NCBI GenBank assembly: GCA_045640925.1
Contig: JAZUFY010000155.1
Coordinates: forward strand, 1 to 46,255
Direction of reading: 5' to 3'
Source: Bacteroidales bacterium
Lineage (GTDB): Bacteria; Bacteroidota; Bacteroidia; Bacteroidales; P3
DNA length: 46,255 bases
This document shows positions 18,364 through 28,562 of the stretch, piece after piece. Each line of letters starts with the position of its first letter. Position 1 is the stretch's first letter. The position numbers were made by a program, and so were the translations under genes. The notes beneath the pieces were generated by a model. That model searched no databases. It saw only the letters and a list, made by a program, of their open reading frames with translations, and was not told the DNA's origin.

Positions 18364-19758
18364 ATGAACTACGATGTCATCGTTATCGGAAGTGGCCCCG
18401 GAGGCTACGTTGCAGCAGTGAAGGCCGCACAACTGGGTATGAAAACAGCAGTCGTCGAGCGTGAGAACTTGGGCGGCATCTGCCTCAACTGGGGCTGCAT
18501 CCCCACCAAGGCGTTGTTGAAGAGCGCCCAGGTGTTCAACTATATCAGCCACAGCGCCAACTATGGTGTTGCCGCCCAGCCTGTTGAGGCCGACATCACC
18601 GCCATGGTGCAACGCAGCCGTGGTGTGGCCGAAACCATGAGCAAGGGTGTGCAGTTTTTGCTGAAGAAGAACAATGTGGAGGTCATTATGGGTACTGCCA
18701 AGGTGAAACCTGGTCATATTGTGAGTGTTACCGATGCCGAGGGCAACACGGTGGATTATGAGGCCCAGCACAACATCATCGCCACGGGCGCCCGCAGCCG
18801 CGTGATGCCCAGTATGCCTCAGGACGGCAAGCACATCATCGGCTACCGCGAGGCTATGACCCTGCCTTTCAAGCCTAAGAGCATGGTGGTTTGCGGAAGC
18901 GGAGCCATCGGAAGCGAGTTCGCCTTCTTCTATCAGAGCATCGGCGTGCAGGTTACGCTGGTAGAGTTCATGCCCCAGATTCTCCCCAACGAGGATGAGG
19001 ACACGGCAGCACAGATCAGCCGCAGTTTCCGCAAGATGGGCATGAAAGTCATGGCCAGCGCAAGCGTGGAAAAGGTTGACATTGAAGGCGATGTGTGCCA
19101 TGTCACCATCAAGGATATGAAGAAGAACACCGAGACGGTAGTGGATTGCGACGTGGTGCTGAGCGCCGTGGGTGTGATCACCAATTTGGAGAACCTCGGC
19201 TTGGAAGAAACAGGCATCGAGGTGGAGCGCACCAAGATTGTGGTGGACGATTATTATCAGACCAATGTGCCTGGCTATTACGCCATTGGCGACGTGGTGC
19301 ACGGTCCCGCTTTGGCCCATGTGGCAAGCGCCGAGGCCATCTGCTGCGTGGAGCATATTGCGGGTCATCAACCCAAGCTGGTGAACTATGCCAATATCCC
19401 CGGATGCACCTATACCACTCCCGAGGTGGCCAGCGTGGGCCTCACCGAGAAGAAGGCTTTGGAGGCAGGCAAGGAAATCCTTGTGGGCAAATTCTTCTTC
19501 AAAGCCAGCGGCAAGGCCACGGCGGCAGGCAACAACGACGGTTTCATTAAGATGATTATCGACAAGAACTCCGACGAGATTTTGGGCTGCCACATGTGCG
19601 GCGATAATGTCACGGAGATGATTGCCGGCATCGTTACCGCCCGCGAGAACGGCCTCACGGCCAAGCAGGTGGCAGGTGCCATTCATCCTCACCCCACGAT
19701 GAGCGAGGCCGTCATGGAGGCCATCGAGGCTGCCTACGGCTGCGCCATCCACGGTTGA
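18364..19758 (+). CDS. lpdA: Dihydrolipoyl dehydrogenase (E3 / L-protein)
   Basis: 464 aa. FAD fold VIVIGSGPGGY, redox disulfide GGICLNWGCIPTK, C-terminal HPHPTMSE. Confidence 0.95.
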   Translation: MNYDVIVIGSGPGGYVAAVKAAQLGMKTAVVERENLGGICLNWGCIPTKALLKSAQVFNYISHSANYGVAAQPVEADITAMVQRSRGVAETMSKGVQFLLKKNNVEVIMGTAKVKPGHIVSVTDAEGNTVDYEAQHNIIATGARSRVMPSMPQDGKHIIGYREAMTLPFKPKSMVVCGSGAIGSEFAFFYQSIGVQVTLVEFMPQILPNEDEDTAAQISRSFRKMGMKVMASASVEKVDIEGDVCHVTIKDMKKNTETVVDCDVVLSAVGVITNLENLGLEETGIEVERTKIVVDDYYQTNVPGYYAIGDVVHGPALAHVASAEAICCVEHIAGHQPKLVNYANIPGCTYTTPEVASVGLTEKKALEAGKEILVGKFFFKASGKATAAGNNDGFIKMIIDKNSDEILGCHMCGDNVTEMIAGIVTARENGLTAKQVAGAIHPHPTMSEAVMEAIEAAYGCAIHG

Positions 19759-19816
19759 TTGATGAGGGGGATTTCGGGATTTCGAGTTTTCGGATTTAAT
19801 GATTAGAAGAGAAAAA

Positions 19817-20944
19817 ATGAAGATACTACCCAAAAAAGTAATGAAAGTGGCCACCGACCTGCGGGTGCTGGTGTCGAACCACTACAAGTCCACGGGCTTC
19901 GCCATCCGAGGCAAGTACGACACATCGTACAAGTCGGGGCAGTTTGTCGAAACCGACGGCCCTGGCACGGGGTTCTTTGTGCGCAACAGTTCGAGCCGAG
20001 CCTATCACGAGTTTGTGCAGGGGGTCGTGAAGGCCAACAAACCCACTTACTTGAAGATGGTGCTGGGCAAGGAGTTTTCGTTCGACGACGAATTGGCAGC
20101 CGCTGAGGAGGCCCTCAGCCACGCCGAGGACAAGATGAAGAACCTCATCCTGGAGAGCTACGTCAACACCTTGCCCTACGCCAAGGAGGCCGAGCTGGGC
20201 GAACGCATCATCCGAGGCATCAAGGACCGCTCGCACCGCCATCATCATCACCTCAACTCGTATCAGACGGGAGTGCTGACATCGTACAAGTCGCGTGTGG
20301 CAAAACTGGGGCACGATGTGCGCAAGATTCAGCTGCATATCAGCCAGATTTGCCCCGAGGAGAAGTACAACCGCTTCAGCGAGGTGGCCAAGGCTTTCGC
20401 CAACGCGGCTTCGAGCCACCGCATCTGGCATGTGCTGGACGAGGGGCTCCGTGAGGGTTCGCGCCACGAGCTGGTGTATTTCGACTTGGGCATCTTCGAC
20501 TTTTTCCAGACACCCATGATGACCCCCCTGATGCGCACCACAACGGGCGAGACCTACTACCTCTATCCCGACTTCGTCATCCGCGCCCGCAAATCGACCG
20601 ATTTCGATGTCATTCCTTTGAAAGACCTCACCTTTATCTATCGCGAGCAGCCCTACGACATGGTGTCGGGCATGATTACCCACCATTCTTCCAAAAAGAA
20701 GAAGAGCAAGAGACGCAGCAAGGGCGCGCATCCCGACTACGACACCTTCGGCAGCGGGCTGCTTGTGCCCGAGCACGAGGTGGCTTTGGAGGATTTCGAC
20801 AAGGAGGAGGAGAAGCACGTCAAGGTGCGTGTTGTGGGCGAATTGCACATTCCCGAAATCAACCTCCACTACTACTCGCAGGACAACGCCACGATGCACA
20901 CCTTTGTCAACGTAATGAGAGACTATAAGAACACCCTCGAATAA
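19817..20944 (+). CDS. Hypothetical protein with an internal His run and a Lys/Arg run
   Basis: The track ORF starts at 19799; ATG 19817 (MKILPKK) is the likely start. I recognised no motif. Contains SHRHHHHLN and HHSSKKKKSKRRSKG. Confidence 0.6.
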   Translation: MKILPKKVMKVATDLRVLVSNHYKSTGFAIRGKYDTSYKSGQFVETDGPGTGFFVRNSSSRAYHEFVQGVVKANKPTYLKMVLGKEFSFDDELAAAEEALSHAEDKMKNLILESYVNTLPYAKEAELGERIIRGIKDRSHRHHHHLNSYQTGVLTSYKSRVAKLGHDVRKIQLHISQICPEEKYNRFSEVAKAFANAASSHRIWHVLDEGLREGSRHELVYFDLGIFDFFQTPMMTPLMRTTTGETYYLYPDFVIRARKSTDFDVIPLKDLTFIYREQPYDMVSGMITHHSSKKKKSKRRSKGAHPDYDTFGSGLLVPEHEVALEDFDKEEEKHVKVRVVGELHIPEINLHYYSQDNATMHTFVNVMRDYKNTLE

Positions 20945-20953
20945 GCAAACACT

Positions 20954-21928
20954 ATGTTCAAACGCCAGAAATACGTATACCACTTCAACCCGCAAACCCT
21001 CTCGTATGAGAAGGAGTCGTCCACTTTGGGCAGCAGGTTGAAACGTATTTCCACGACTCTGCTTTTCGGGTTGGTGTTCGGCGTGGTGATTTCGGTGGTA
21101 GTGTTCAGGTTGTTCCCCTCGCCCCACGAGAAGGCCCTCAAACGCGAGATAAAGCAATATGAACACCAGCTGAAGATGCTCAACGAACGCCTCGACATCG
21201 ACGACGCCGTGTTGGCCGACTTGGAAAGCCGCGACAGTTCGGTGTACCGCACCATCTTCGGCGCTTCGCCTATCCGCCGCGATGTACGCAAACCGAATGA
21301 CAAGGATTACGAATATTTGAAAGCCTACCAATGCGGCAAGGAAATCATACGCACCTCGCGCCGCATCGACACCCTGACGCAAAGGCTCTACGCCCAGTCG
21401 CTGTCGATAGACGAGGTGCACAAGATGACGGGCTCCAAGCAGGAACGTATGCTGGCCATGCCCGCCATCTTGCCGATACCGAAAGACAAATGCCAGCTGG
21501 TGTCGGGCTTCGGTATGCGTTTCCACCCCATACTGCACTACCGCCGTATGCACACGGGCATCGACCTCACCGCCAAGGCGGGCACACCTGTGTATGCCAC
21601 GGCCAACGGTACTGTGGCCGTATCGGGCCGAGGAGAGGAGACGGGAGGCTATGGCATCTGCGTGATTATCGACCACGGCTATGGCTACAAGACCCTTTAC
21701 GGTCATCTTTCCTCCACCCATGTCAGCCAAGGACAGAAGGTGAAACGTGGCGAGATGATTGGCCGCGTGGGGTGCACAGGATTGTCGCAGGGCAACCACC
21801 TACACTATGAGGTTATTCACAACGACACCAAGGTCAACCCCATCTACTTCCTTTTCAACGACCTCTCGCCCAAGGAGTATGAGAAGGTGCTCGAAGCCGC
21901 CAACCAAGAAAACCAGTGTCTGAGTTAG
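20954..21928 (+). CDS. M23 family metallopeptidase with an N-terminal TM anchor and a coiled coil
   Basis: HTGIDLTAKAGTPVYATANGTV and GNHLHYEV, the M23 H.xxD / HxH metal ligands. Confidence 0.9.
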   Translation: MFKRQKYVYHFNPQTLSYEKESSTLGSRLKRISTTLLFGLVFGVVISVVVFRLFPSPHEKALKREIKQYEHQLKMLNERLDIDDAVLADLESRDSSVYRTIFGASPIRRDVRKPNDKDYEYLKAYQCGKEIIRTSRRIDTLTQRLYAQSLSIDEVHKMTGSKQERMLAMPAILPIPKDKCQLVSGFGMRFHPILHYRRMHTGIDLTAKAGTPVYATANGTVAVSGRGEETGGYGICVIIDHGYGYKTLYGHLSSTHVSQGQKVKRGEMIGRVGCTGLSQGNHLHYEVIHNDTKVNPIYFLFNDLSPKEYEKVLEAANQENQCLS

Positions 21929-21977
21929 TTGAGAGATGACAGATGACAGAATGATGACAGATAAAATAATACAGGTT

Positions 21978-22868
21978 ATGAATATCACAATAGACGAAAA
22001 TGCAGGATTCTGTTTTGGAGTGGTGAAGGCCATAGGCACGGCAGAGGAAGAGCTGTCGCGCTCGGGCAACCTGTATTGCCTGGGCGACATAGTACACAAC
22101 AACGCCGAGGTGCACCGCCTCAACCAAAAGGGGCTCCAGGTCATCGACCACAAGCAACTGTCCTCGCTGCAAGGCGAGAAAGTTTTGATACGGGCCCACG
22201 GCGAGCCCCCCTCGACCTATCAGCAGGCTTCGAAGTTGGGCATAGAGCTCATCGACGCCACCTGTCCCATAGTACTTGCTTTGCAGCAGAAAATACGCAA
22301 AGGCTATGAGGAGATGCGGAAACTTTCGCCCACAGGGCAGGTGGTGATATTCGGCAAGCCTGGCCATGCCGAGGTGATAGGGCTCTGCGGTCAAACCGAC
22401 AACACCGCCATAGTGGTGAGCCGCCCCGACGATTTGGAAGGCATCGACTGCTCTCGCCCCATCCGCCTCTACTCTCAAACCACAAAGAGCAAGGAGGAGT
22501 ATCAGCTCCTCATCCGCAATCTGGAGATCAAAATCAATGAAGTTGCAAAAAACTCGAAGGATCGAAACTTTGTGGCTTACGACACCATCTGCAACCGTGT
22601 GGCGAACCGTGCGGTACAGCTGGAAGAATTTGCAAAACAAATGGACATAGTGCTGTTTGTAAGCGGCAAAGGCAGCTCCAACGGCCATTACCTCTACGAA
22701 TACTGCAAACATGTCCAACCCAACACACAGCTGATTTCGGATGTCGACGAACTCGATGCTTCGTGGTTTGCCGATGTGAAGAACGTGGGCATCACTGGAG
22801 CCACAAGCACCCCGAGGTGGCTCATGGAATCGGTAGTGAACAAGATTAAATTTTTGATTTCTGATTAA
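21978..22868 (+). CDS. ispH: 4-hydroxy-3-methylbut-2-enyl diphosphate reductase
   Basis: GFCFGVVKAI, LGDIVHNNAEV, ATCPIV and SSNGHYL motifs. The track ORF begins at 21936, but its first 14 codons are the gatgaca tandem repeat, so ATG 21978 (MNITIDE) is preferred. Confidence 0.9.
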   Translation: MNITIDENAGFCFGVVKAIGTAEEELSRSGNLYCLGDIVHNNAEVHRLNQKGLQVIDHKQLSSLQGEKVLIRAHGEPPSTYQQASKLGIELIDATCPIVLALQQKIRKGYEEMRKLSPTGQVVIFGKPGHAEVIGLCGQTDNTAIVVSRPDDLEGIDCSRPIRLYSQTTKSKEEYQLLIRNLEIKINEVAKNSKDRNFVAYDTICNRVANRAVQLEEFAKQMDIVLFVSGKGSSNGHYLYEYCKHVQPNTQLISDVDELDASWFADVKNVGITGATSTPRWLMESVVNKIKFLISD

Positions 22869-22913
22869 TGAGCCTGATACTCATAAATCATAATTCATAA
22901 CTTACACAAAAAG

Positions 22914-24023
22914 ATGTATCTGACAAATATCAAACTGAGCAATTTCAAAACCTACGCCGACCTCGACGTGGATTTCTGCTCCAATGTCAACTGTTTGGTT
23001 GGCAACAATGGGGTAGGGAAGACCAATTTGTTGGATGCCATATACTATCTGTCTTTCTGCAAGAGCTTTTTCAACCCTATCGACGGCATGAATATCCGCC
23101 AGGGCGAAGACTTCTTTGCCATCCACGGCAATTATGCTTTCGACAGCGAGAACGTCATGGTGTCGTGTATTCAAAAGAAAGGACAGCCCAAGCAGATGCG
23201 CTGGTGCAAAAAAGCCTACAAGGCTTTGGGCGAACATATAGGACGCCTGCCACTCGTCATCATCTCTCCCAACGACCAAAACATCATACAGGGAGGCAGC
23301 GATGTGCGTCGCAAATTTATCGACGGGGTCATCTCGCAAGCCGACAAAAACTACCTCAACCACCTCCTGCAATATCAGAAAGCCATTGACCAACGCAACC
23401 GCCTCCTCAAGCAGTTCTACGAAGAACGCCAATGGGACGAGGCCTCCATCTCGATATGGGACGAGCAACTGGTGCGCTATGGCGAGATGCTCTACCAAAG
23501 CCGCAAGGATTTTCTGAAAGACTTCCTGCCCCTGTTCGATGAGTATTTCTCCTGGATATCCAATAGTGCCGAACATGCTTCGGTGAGCTATACCACCCGT
23601 GCAGAAGTGCCTCTCGCACAACAACTGCAAGAAGCACGGCAAGCCGACAAGTACGCCCAATACACCACCGTGGGGCCTCACAAAGACGACCTCGAGTTGA
23701 TGATTGGCGATTTCAATGTGAAAAAATTCGGATCGCAAGGACAGCAGAAAACCTTTGTGCTGGCGCTCAAACTGGCACAGTTCGAATACATCTACCAACG
23801 TTGTGGAATGAAGCCCATACTTCTCCTCGACGATATTTTTGACAAACTGGATATGACCCGTGTCACCCAATTGGTGCATCTTGTGGGCAGCGACCGCTTC
23901 GGTCAGGTGTTCCTCACCGACACCCAGCCAGGCCGCATCGAAAACATCTTTGCCGAGATACCCCAAGTGGAACACCTCATTTTTCAAGTCGCAAACGGAA
24001 CCCTCCAAAACATAAACCAATAA
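22914..24023 (+). CDS. recF: DNA replication and repair protein RecF
   Basis: 369 aa. Walker A GNNGVGKTNLLDAI, signature GSQGQQKT, Walker B ILLLDDIFDKLD. Confidence 0.95.
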   Translation: MYLTNIKLSNFKTYADLDVDFCSNVNCLVGNNGVGKTNLLDAIYYLSFCKSFFNPIDGMNIRQGEDFFAIHGNYAFDSENVMVSCIQKKGQPKQMRWCKKAYKALGEHIGRLPLVIISPNDQNIIQGGSDVRRKFIDGVISQADKNYLNHLLQYQKAIDQRNRLLKQFYEERQWDEASISIWDEQLVRYGEMLYQSRKDFLKDFLPLFDEYFSWISNSAEHASVSYTTRAEVPLAQQLQEARQADKYAQYTTVGPHKDDLELMIGDFNVKKFGSQGQQKTFVLALKLAQFEYIYQRCGMKPILLLDDIFDKLDMTRVTQLVHLVGSDRFGQVFLTDTQPGRIENIFAEIPQVEHLIFQVANGTLQNINQ

Positions 24024-24026
24024 ATA

Positions 24027-24317
24027 ATGAGCTACGCCAACGAACATACATTGCAAGACCTTCTCAAACGTGCCTATCACCGTTTGGAGATGGACGACAC
24101 TGTGTGCGAGATAGAGGTCAAGGATGCCTACAATCGCGTTGTTGGCGACCTCATCAGCCGCCTCACATGGTCGGTGCGTTTTGCCCAAGGTACCCTCACC
24201 GCCACTATCGCCTCTGCCGCCCTACGTCAGGAACTTACCTACCGCAAAGATTCGCTCCAAGTGAAAATCAACGACACCATCGGTCGCAACGCTGTAAAAA
24301 AGATTATATTCTTATAA
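24027..24317 (+). CDS. DUF721 (DciA-like) domain protein
   Basis: 96 aa, directly downstream of recF as in many Bacteroidota. The call rests on size, position and general similarity. Confidence 0.6.
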   Translation: MSYANEHTLQDLLKRAYHRLEMDDTVCEIEVKDAYNRVVGDLISRLTWSVRFAQGTLTATIASAALRQELTYRKDSLQVKINDTIGRNAVKKIIFL

Positions 24318-24362
24318 AGTGATATGTGAAATGTCATTAGAAATTAAAACTATAAACTCATA

Positions 24363-26000
24363 ATGAAGCCACTACTCAATGCACTCAATATGATTCGCCT
24401 ATGCAATCCAAAGTCGTTTTGGAGGCGTATCGTATATATCGTTGTGCAGAGTGTGCTGCCGTTGATTAATCTGTATGTCCTCAAACTGATAGTCGACGGC
24501 GTTACCACAGGTGGCGATATTTACCTTTGGGGTATTCGTTGCGACAATTTCTATTACCTCATCGGTATTTTCTGCGGCATCTTCCTTTTGAATAGGGTTG
24601 TCTCAATTCTCAATGGTGTCAATAACGACATACTCTCGCAACGTCTCGTCGACTATCTCAGCGACCGTATGCAGCGACAATCCTCCGAGTTGGACATGGC
24701 TTATTTCGACAATCCTGCCTATCACGACACCTACCACCGTGCGCAGCAGGAGGCCTCTTTCCGTCCTTTGCAAGTGCTCAACGGCTTCATGGGGTTGATA
24801 AGTGCCGTGATATCCATTGCTGGCGTCATCGTCATGCTTGCCACAACCTCGTGGCAGATCATCGTGGTGATGGTAGTGGCTGTCGTCCCCACCTTCATTG
24901 TTCGTATCATCAAATCGCGCCAAGTGTATGCCTTCCGTCGCAACAACACGCAAAACTATCGCCGCACAAGCTACTATTCCGCACTGCTTGGGGGGCGTGA
25001 TTTTGCCAAAGAGATGCGCACCTTCGGCCTTGCCCCATATTTCCGCAAACTCTTTGTCGATATTCGCAGCCGTTTGGTGGACAACCTGCTGCATATCTCT
25101 CGCCGTTTGGCTCTTTACGATACCATCTGTGCCATCATCGAAACAGCCGCACTCTTCTTCGTCACCTTCTTCCTCATTTCCAGCACTTCGCAAGGCGCCA
25201 TCACCATCGGTTCCTTCGTCATGCTTTTCGAAGCCTTCCGCCGAGGACAATCCTATCTTACTAATCTTGTGTCAAGCATCTCGGGACTTTATGACAACCG
25301 CCTCTTTATCGGCAATCTTTTCGAGTTCCTCGACCTCAAACCCAATATCCACAATTGCGACAATCCCGTTCCTTTCCCCGAGAAAGTCGAGAGCGTGGAA
25401 TTTCGCGACATCACCTTCCGCTATCCCGATATGGAGCACGATGTCCTCAGCCACTACAACCTATCGGCCCATGCAGGCGAGATAACCCTGATTGAGGGCG
25501 AGAACGGCTTTGGAAAAACCACACTGCTCAAACTGCTCCTGCGACTCTATGACACCAACGAAGGTGCCGTGCTGATCAATGGTATAGATGTGCGGCAATA
25601 CGATGTGTCTCAACTCCGTCGTGGCATCGGTGCCATCTTTCAGGATTATGTCCGTTTCTATTGCACCGCCGAAGAGAATATTGCCTTTGGCGATATTGAT
25701 AACTTCGATGCTGACCGTGTGCGTCGTGCTGCTGAAGATGCTGGTGCCGATACCATCATTGACCGTCTCCCTCAAGGCTACAAAACACCTCTCGGACGCA
25801 TGTTCGACCAAGGTGCCGAACTCAGCATGGGTCAATGGCAGCGTATAGCCTTTGCCCGCCAACTCTACAGCAATGCCCCCGTCTTAGTGTTCGACGAACC
25901 CACCGCTTGGATGGACATCCCCTCACGCAACAAGTTTTACCAAACACTCGACAAACTCAAAGCCGACAATAAAGTGATAATATTAATTAAACATATATAA
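24363..26000 (+). CDS. ABC exporter, fused permease/ATP-binding protein
   Basis: Six predicted N-terminal TM helices. Walker A GENGFGKTTLLK, signature LSMGQWQR, Walker B VLVFDEP. Confidence 0.9.
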   Translation: MKPLLNALNMIRLCNPKSFWRRIVYIVVQSVLPLINLYVLKLIVDGVTTGGDIYLWGIRCDNFYYLIGIFCGIFLLNRVVSILNGVNNDILSQRLVDYLSDRMQRQSSELDMAYFDNPAYHDTYHRAQQEASFRPLQVLNGFMGLISAVISIAGVIVMLATTSWQIIVVMVVAVVPTFIVRIIKSRQVYAFRRNNTQNYRRTSYYSALLGGRDFAKEMRTFGLAPYFRKLFVDIRSRLVDNLLHISRRLALYDTICAIIETAALFFVTFFLISSTSQGAITIGSFVMLFEAFRRGQSYLTNLVSSISGLYDNRLFIGNLFEFLDLKPNIHNCDNPVPFPEKVESVEFRDITFRYPDMEHDVLSHYNLSAHAGEITLIEGENGFGKTTLLKLLLRLYDTNEGAVLINGIDVRQYDVSQLRRGIGAIFQDYVRFYCTAEENIAFGDIDNFDADRVRRAAEDAGADTIIDRLPQGYKTPLGRMFDQGAELSMGQWQRIAFARQLYSNAPVLVFDEPTAWMDIPSRNKFYQTLDKLKADNKVIILIKHI

Positions 26001-26002
26001 CT

Positions 26003-27448
26003 ATGAATTTCATTCTCGAATCTTTTTCTCCGAAAGAGTATGAGGGCAACCTCATCTTTCTATATGGCAACGATGTGGCCGACCGTAATATCCCCTTGGG
26101 AAAGAAAGAGCTCGAATACCTCAAGCTTCGCCGTGAGGCCGACAATCAAAGCATCGTGGCTTTCGACCGTCTGCCTTATCATATTTATATAGTCAATTTC
26201 GACAGCGAGAAACCTGCCAACGAGTGCCAAGAACTGCTTCGTCGCAGTGCCGACAAAATCGTAACCCTCCTCAATGCCGAAAAACAAAGCACCGTGGCTA
26301 TCACAGGCGAAGGTGTCATACCTGAGGAATTGGTGGCTTTTGTCGAGGGCATGGTGCTGTCCGACTATAGTTTTGACCGCTACAAGAGCAAGACCCCTGA
26401 TCATATCGCCACACTCACCATCGACCAACGATTCCTCTCCGATGAAGAGCTGGAGCGCAATGAACGCCTCTGGAACCGTATCTTCTGGTGCCGCGAGTGG
26501 GTCAACCTGCCCGTGTCCGACTTCAACGCCGAGGAGTTTGCCTCCGAGTTGGAAGATATTGCCAACGATTTGAACGTCAAATGCACCATCTTTGACAAGA
26601 AGCAGATTGAGTCGCTGCGTATGGGCGGTTTGATGGCCGTAAACAAAGGCAGTGTCGATGAGCCTCGCTTCGTCGTGCTCGAATACAGCCCCGCCGATGC
26701 TATCAACAAACAGCCCCTCGCCCTTGTGGGTAAAGGCATCATGTACGACACTGGCGGCCTCAATATCAAGACTGGCGACTATATGTGCGAGATGAAATCC
26801 GACATGGCAGGTGCAGCCACTATGGCCTCTGTTATCTTTGCAGCAGCCGACAATCATCTGCCCGTGCATATCGTGGCTTTCCTTCCCCTCACCGACAGCC
26901 GCCCTGGTTTCAACGCCTATGCTGCCGATGATGTGCTCACCATGTACGATGGCACCACCGTCGAAGTGGTCAACACCGATGCCGAAGGCCGCCTCATCCT
27001 TGCCGACGCTATTGCCTATGCTGTGGCCAATTATCAACCCGAACTCGTCATTGATGCTGCCACCCTCACTGGTGCTGCTGTCCGTGCTATCGGCACCTTT
27101 GGTATCGCAGCCATGCAGCAAAATGCCGACAACTATTTCAACCTCCTCAAAATCATGGGCAACCAAGTCTACGAGCGTATCGCCGAGTTCCCCTTCTGGC
27201 ACGAATACGACGAACTTATCAAATCGAAGATTGCCGACATCAAGAACTGCGGCATAGCCCAAGCTGGCACCATCTCTGCGGGCAAGTTCCTCGCTCATTT
27301 TGCCAAAGCCACTCCCTACATCCACCTCGACATAGCCGGTGTGGCCTATTTCTCCCAAAAACAGGATTACTACTGCGTGGGCGGATCAGGCTTTGGTGTG
27401 CGTCTGCTCTACGCCTTCCTCCAAACCTACGATGTCACTAAGAAATAA
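26003..27448 (+). CDS. pepA: Leucyl aminopeptidase (M17)
   Basis: VGKGIMYDTGG and the M17 signature NTDAEGRLILADA. Confidence 0.9.
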   Translation: MNFILESFSPKEYEGNLIFLYGNDVADRNIPLGKKELEYLKLRREADNQSIVAFDRLPYHIYIVNFDSEKPANECQELLRRSADKIVTLLNAEKQSTVAITGEGVIPEELVAFVEGMVLSDYSFDRYKSKTPDHIATLTIDQRFLSDEELERNERLWNRIFWCREWVNLPVSDFNAEEFASELEDIANDLNVKCTIFDKKQIESLRMGGLMAVNKGSVDEPRFVVLEYSPADAINKQPLALVGKGIMYDTGGLNIKTGDYMCEMKSDMAGAATMASVIFAAADNHLPVHIVAFLPLTDSRPGFNAYAADDVLTMYDGTTVEVVNTDAEGRLILADAIAYAVANYQPELVIDAATLTGAAVRAIGTFGIAAMQQNADNYFNLLKIMGNQVYERIAEFPFWHEYDELIKSKIADIKNCGIAQAGTISAGKFLAHFAKATPYIHLDIAGVAYFSQKQDYYCVGGSGFGVRLLYAFLQTYDVTKK

Positions 27449-27503
27449 CAAGCAACTAAACGTCTAAATATCAACATATACAAACCTATTAATTCAACAA
27501 TTC

Positions 27504-28550
27504 ATGGAAAACGACAAAACCAATCATACCCCCATCCGTGTAGGCATCACACAAGGCGACATCAACGGTGTCGGTTACGAAGTCATCCTCAAAACTTTCA
27601 GCGACAGCCGTATGTTCGACATCTGCACCCCCATTCTTTACGGTTCCACCAAGGTGGGCACCTATCACAAGAACCTCCTCGTCATGCACCAAGACCTCGT
27701 CTTCAACGGCATCCACGATGCTTCCGAGGCAGGGGGGCACAAATTCAACGTCGTCAATATCATCAACGATGAGGTAAAAATCGACATTGGAAAATCCACC
27801 GAAGTGGCAGGAGCCCAGTCGCGCCTCTCGCTCAATATGGCTTGCAACGACCTCAAAAACGGCCTTATCGACGTCCTCGTCACAGCCCCTATCAACAAGA
27901 AGAACATCCAGGCCCCCGACTTCGATTTCCCTGGCCACACCGAGTTCCTCTCTCATCAGTTCGATTGCAGCAGCCTTATGATGATGGTATGCGACCGTAT
28001 CCGTATCGGTATCGTAACCAATCACTTGGCTTTGAAGGATGTGCCCTCGGCCATCACCCACAACCTCCTCTCCGACAAAATCATGCTCATGAACGAGTCG
28101 CTCAAACGCGATTTCGGTGTCCCCATGCCCAAGATTGCCGTCCTGGCTCTCGACCCCCATGCCGGCGATAACGGCGTGATTGGCAATTTCGACAACACCG
28201 TCATCAAGCCCGTCATCGATGAGGCGCAAGAAAAAGGCATCCTTGCCTACGGCCCCTATCCCTCCGACGGCTTCTTTGGCAGCAGCGAGTTCAACAAGTT
28301 CGACGGTGTGCTGGCCCTCTACCACGACCAAGGCCTCATCCCCTTCAAGCTGATGTCCTTCACCGAGGGTGTCAACTTCACCGCAGGTCTTCCTTACGTC
28401 CGCACCTCGCCAGCCCACGGCACCGCTTTCGACATTGCCGGCAAGGACAAAGCCTCCGAGCAGTCTTTCCGCAGCGCCGTCTACCTCGCATGCAACATCC
28501 TCCGTCACCGTCAGGAGTACGACGAACTTACCGAGAATCCCCTCAAATAA
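27504..28550 (+). CDS. pdxA: 4-hydroxythreonine-4-phosphate dehydrogenase
   Basis: GDINGVGYEV, FPGHTEFL, ALDPHAGDNG, HDQGLIPFK, RTSPAHGTAFDIAG. Confidence 0.92.
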   Translation: MENDKTNHTPIRVGITQGDINGVGYEVILKTFSDSRMFDICTPILYGSTKVGTYHKNLLVMHQDLVFNGIHDASEAGGHKFNVVNIINDEVKIDIGKSTEVAGAQSRLSLNMACNDLKNGLIDVLVTAPINKKNIQAPDFDFPGHTEFLSHQFDCSSLMMMVCDRIRIGIVTNHLALKDVPSAITHNLLSDKIMLMNESLKRDFGVPMPKIAVLALDPHAGDNGVIGNFDNTVIKPVIDEAQEKGILAYGPYPSDGFFGSSEFNKFDGVLALYHDQGLIPFKLMSFTEGVNFTAGLPYVRTSPAHGTAFDIAGKDKASEQSFRSAVYLACNILRHRQEYDELTENPLK

Positions 28551-28562
28551 GCCTCAGCCTCA

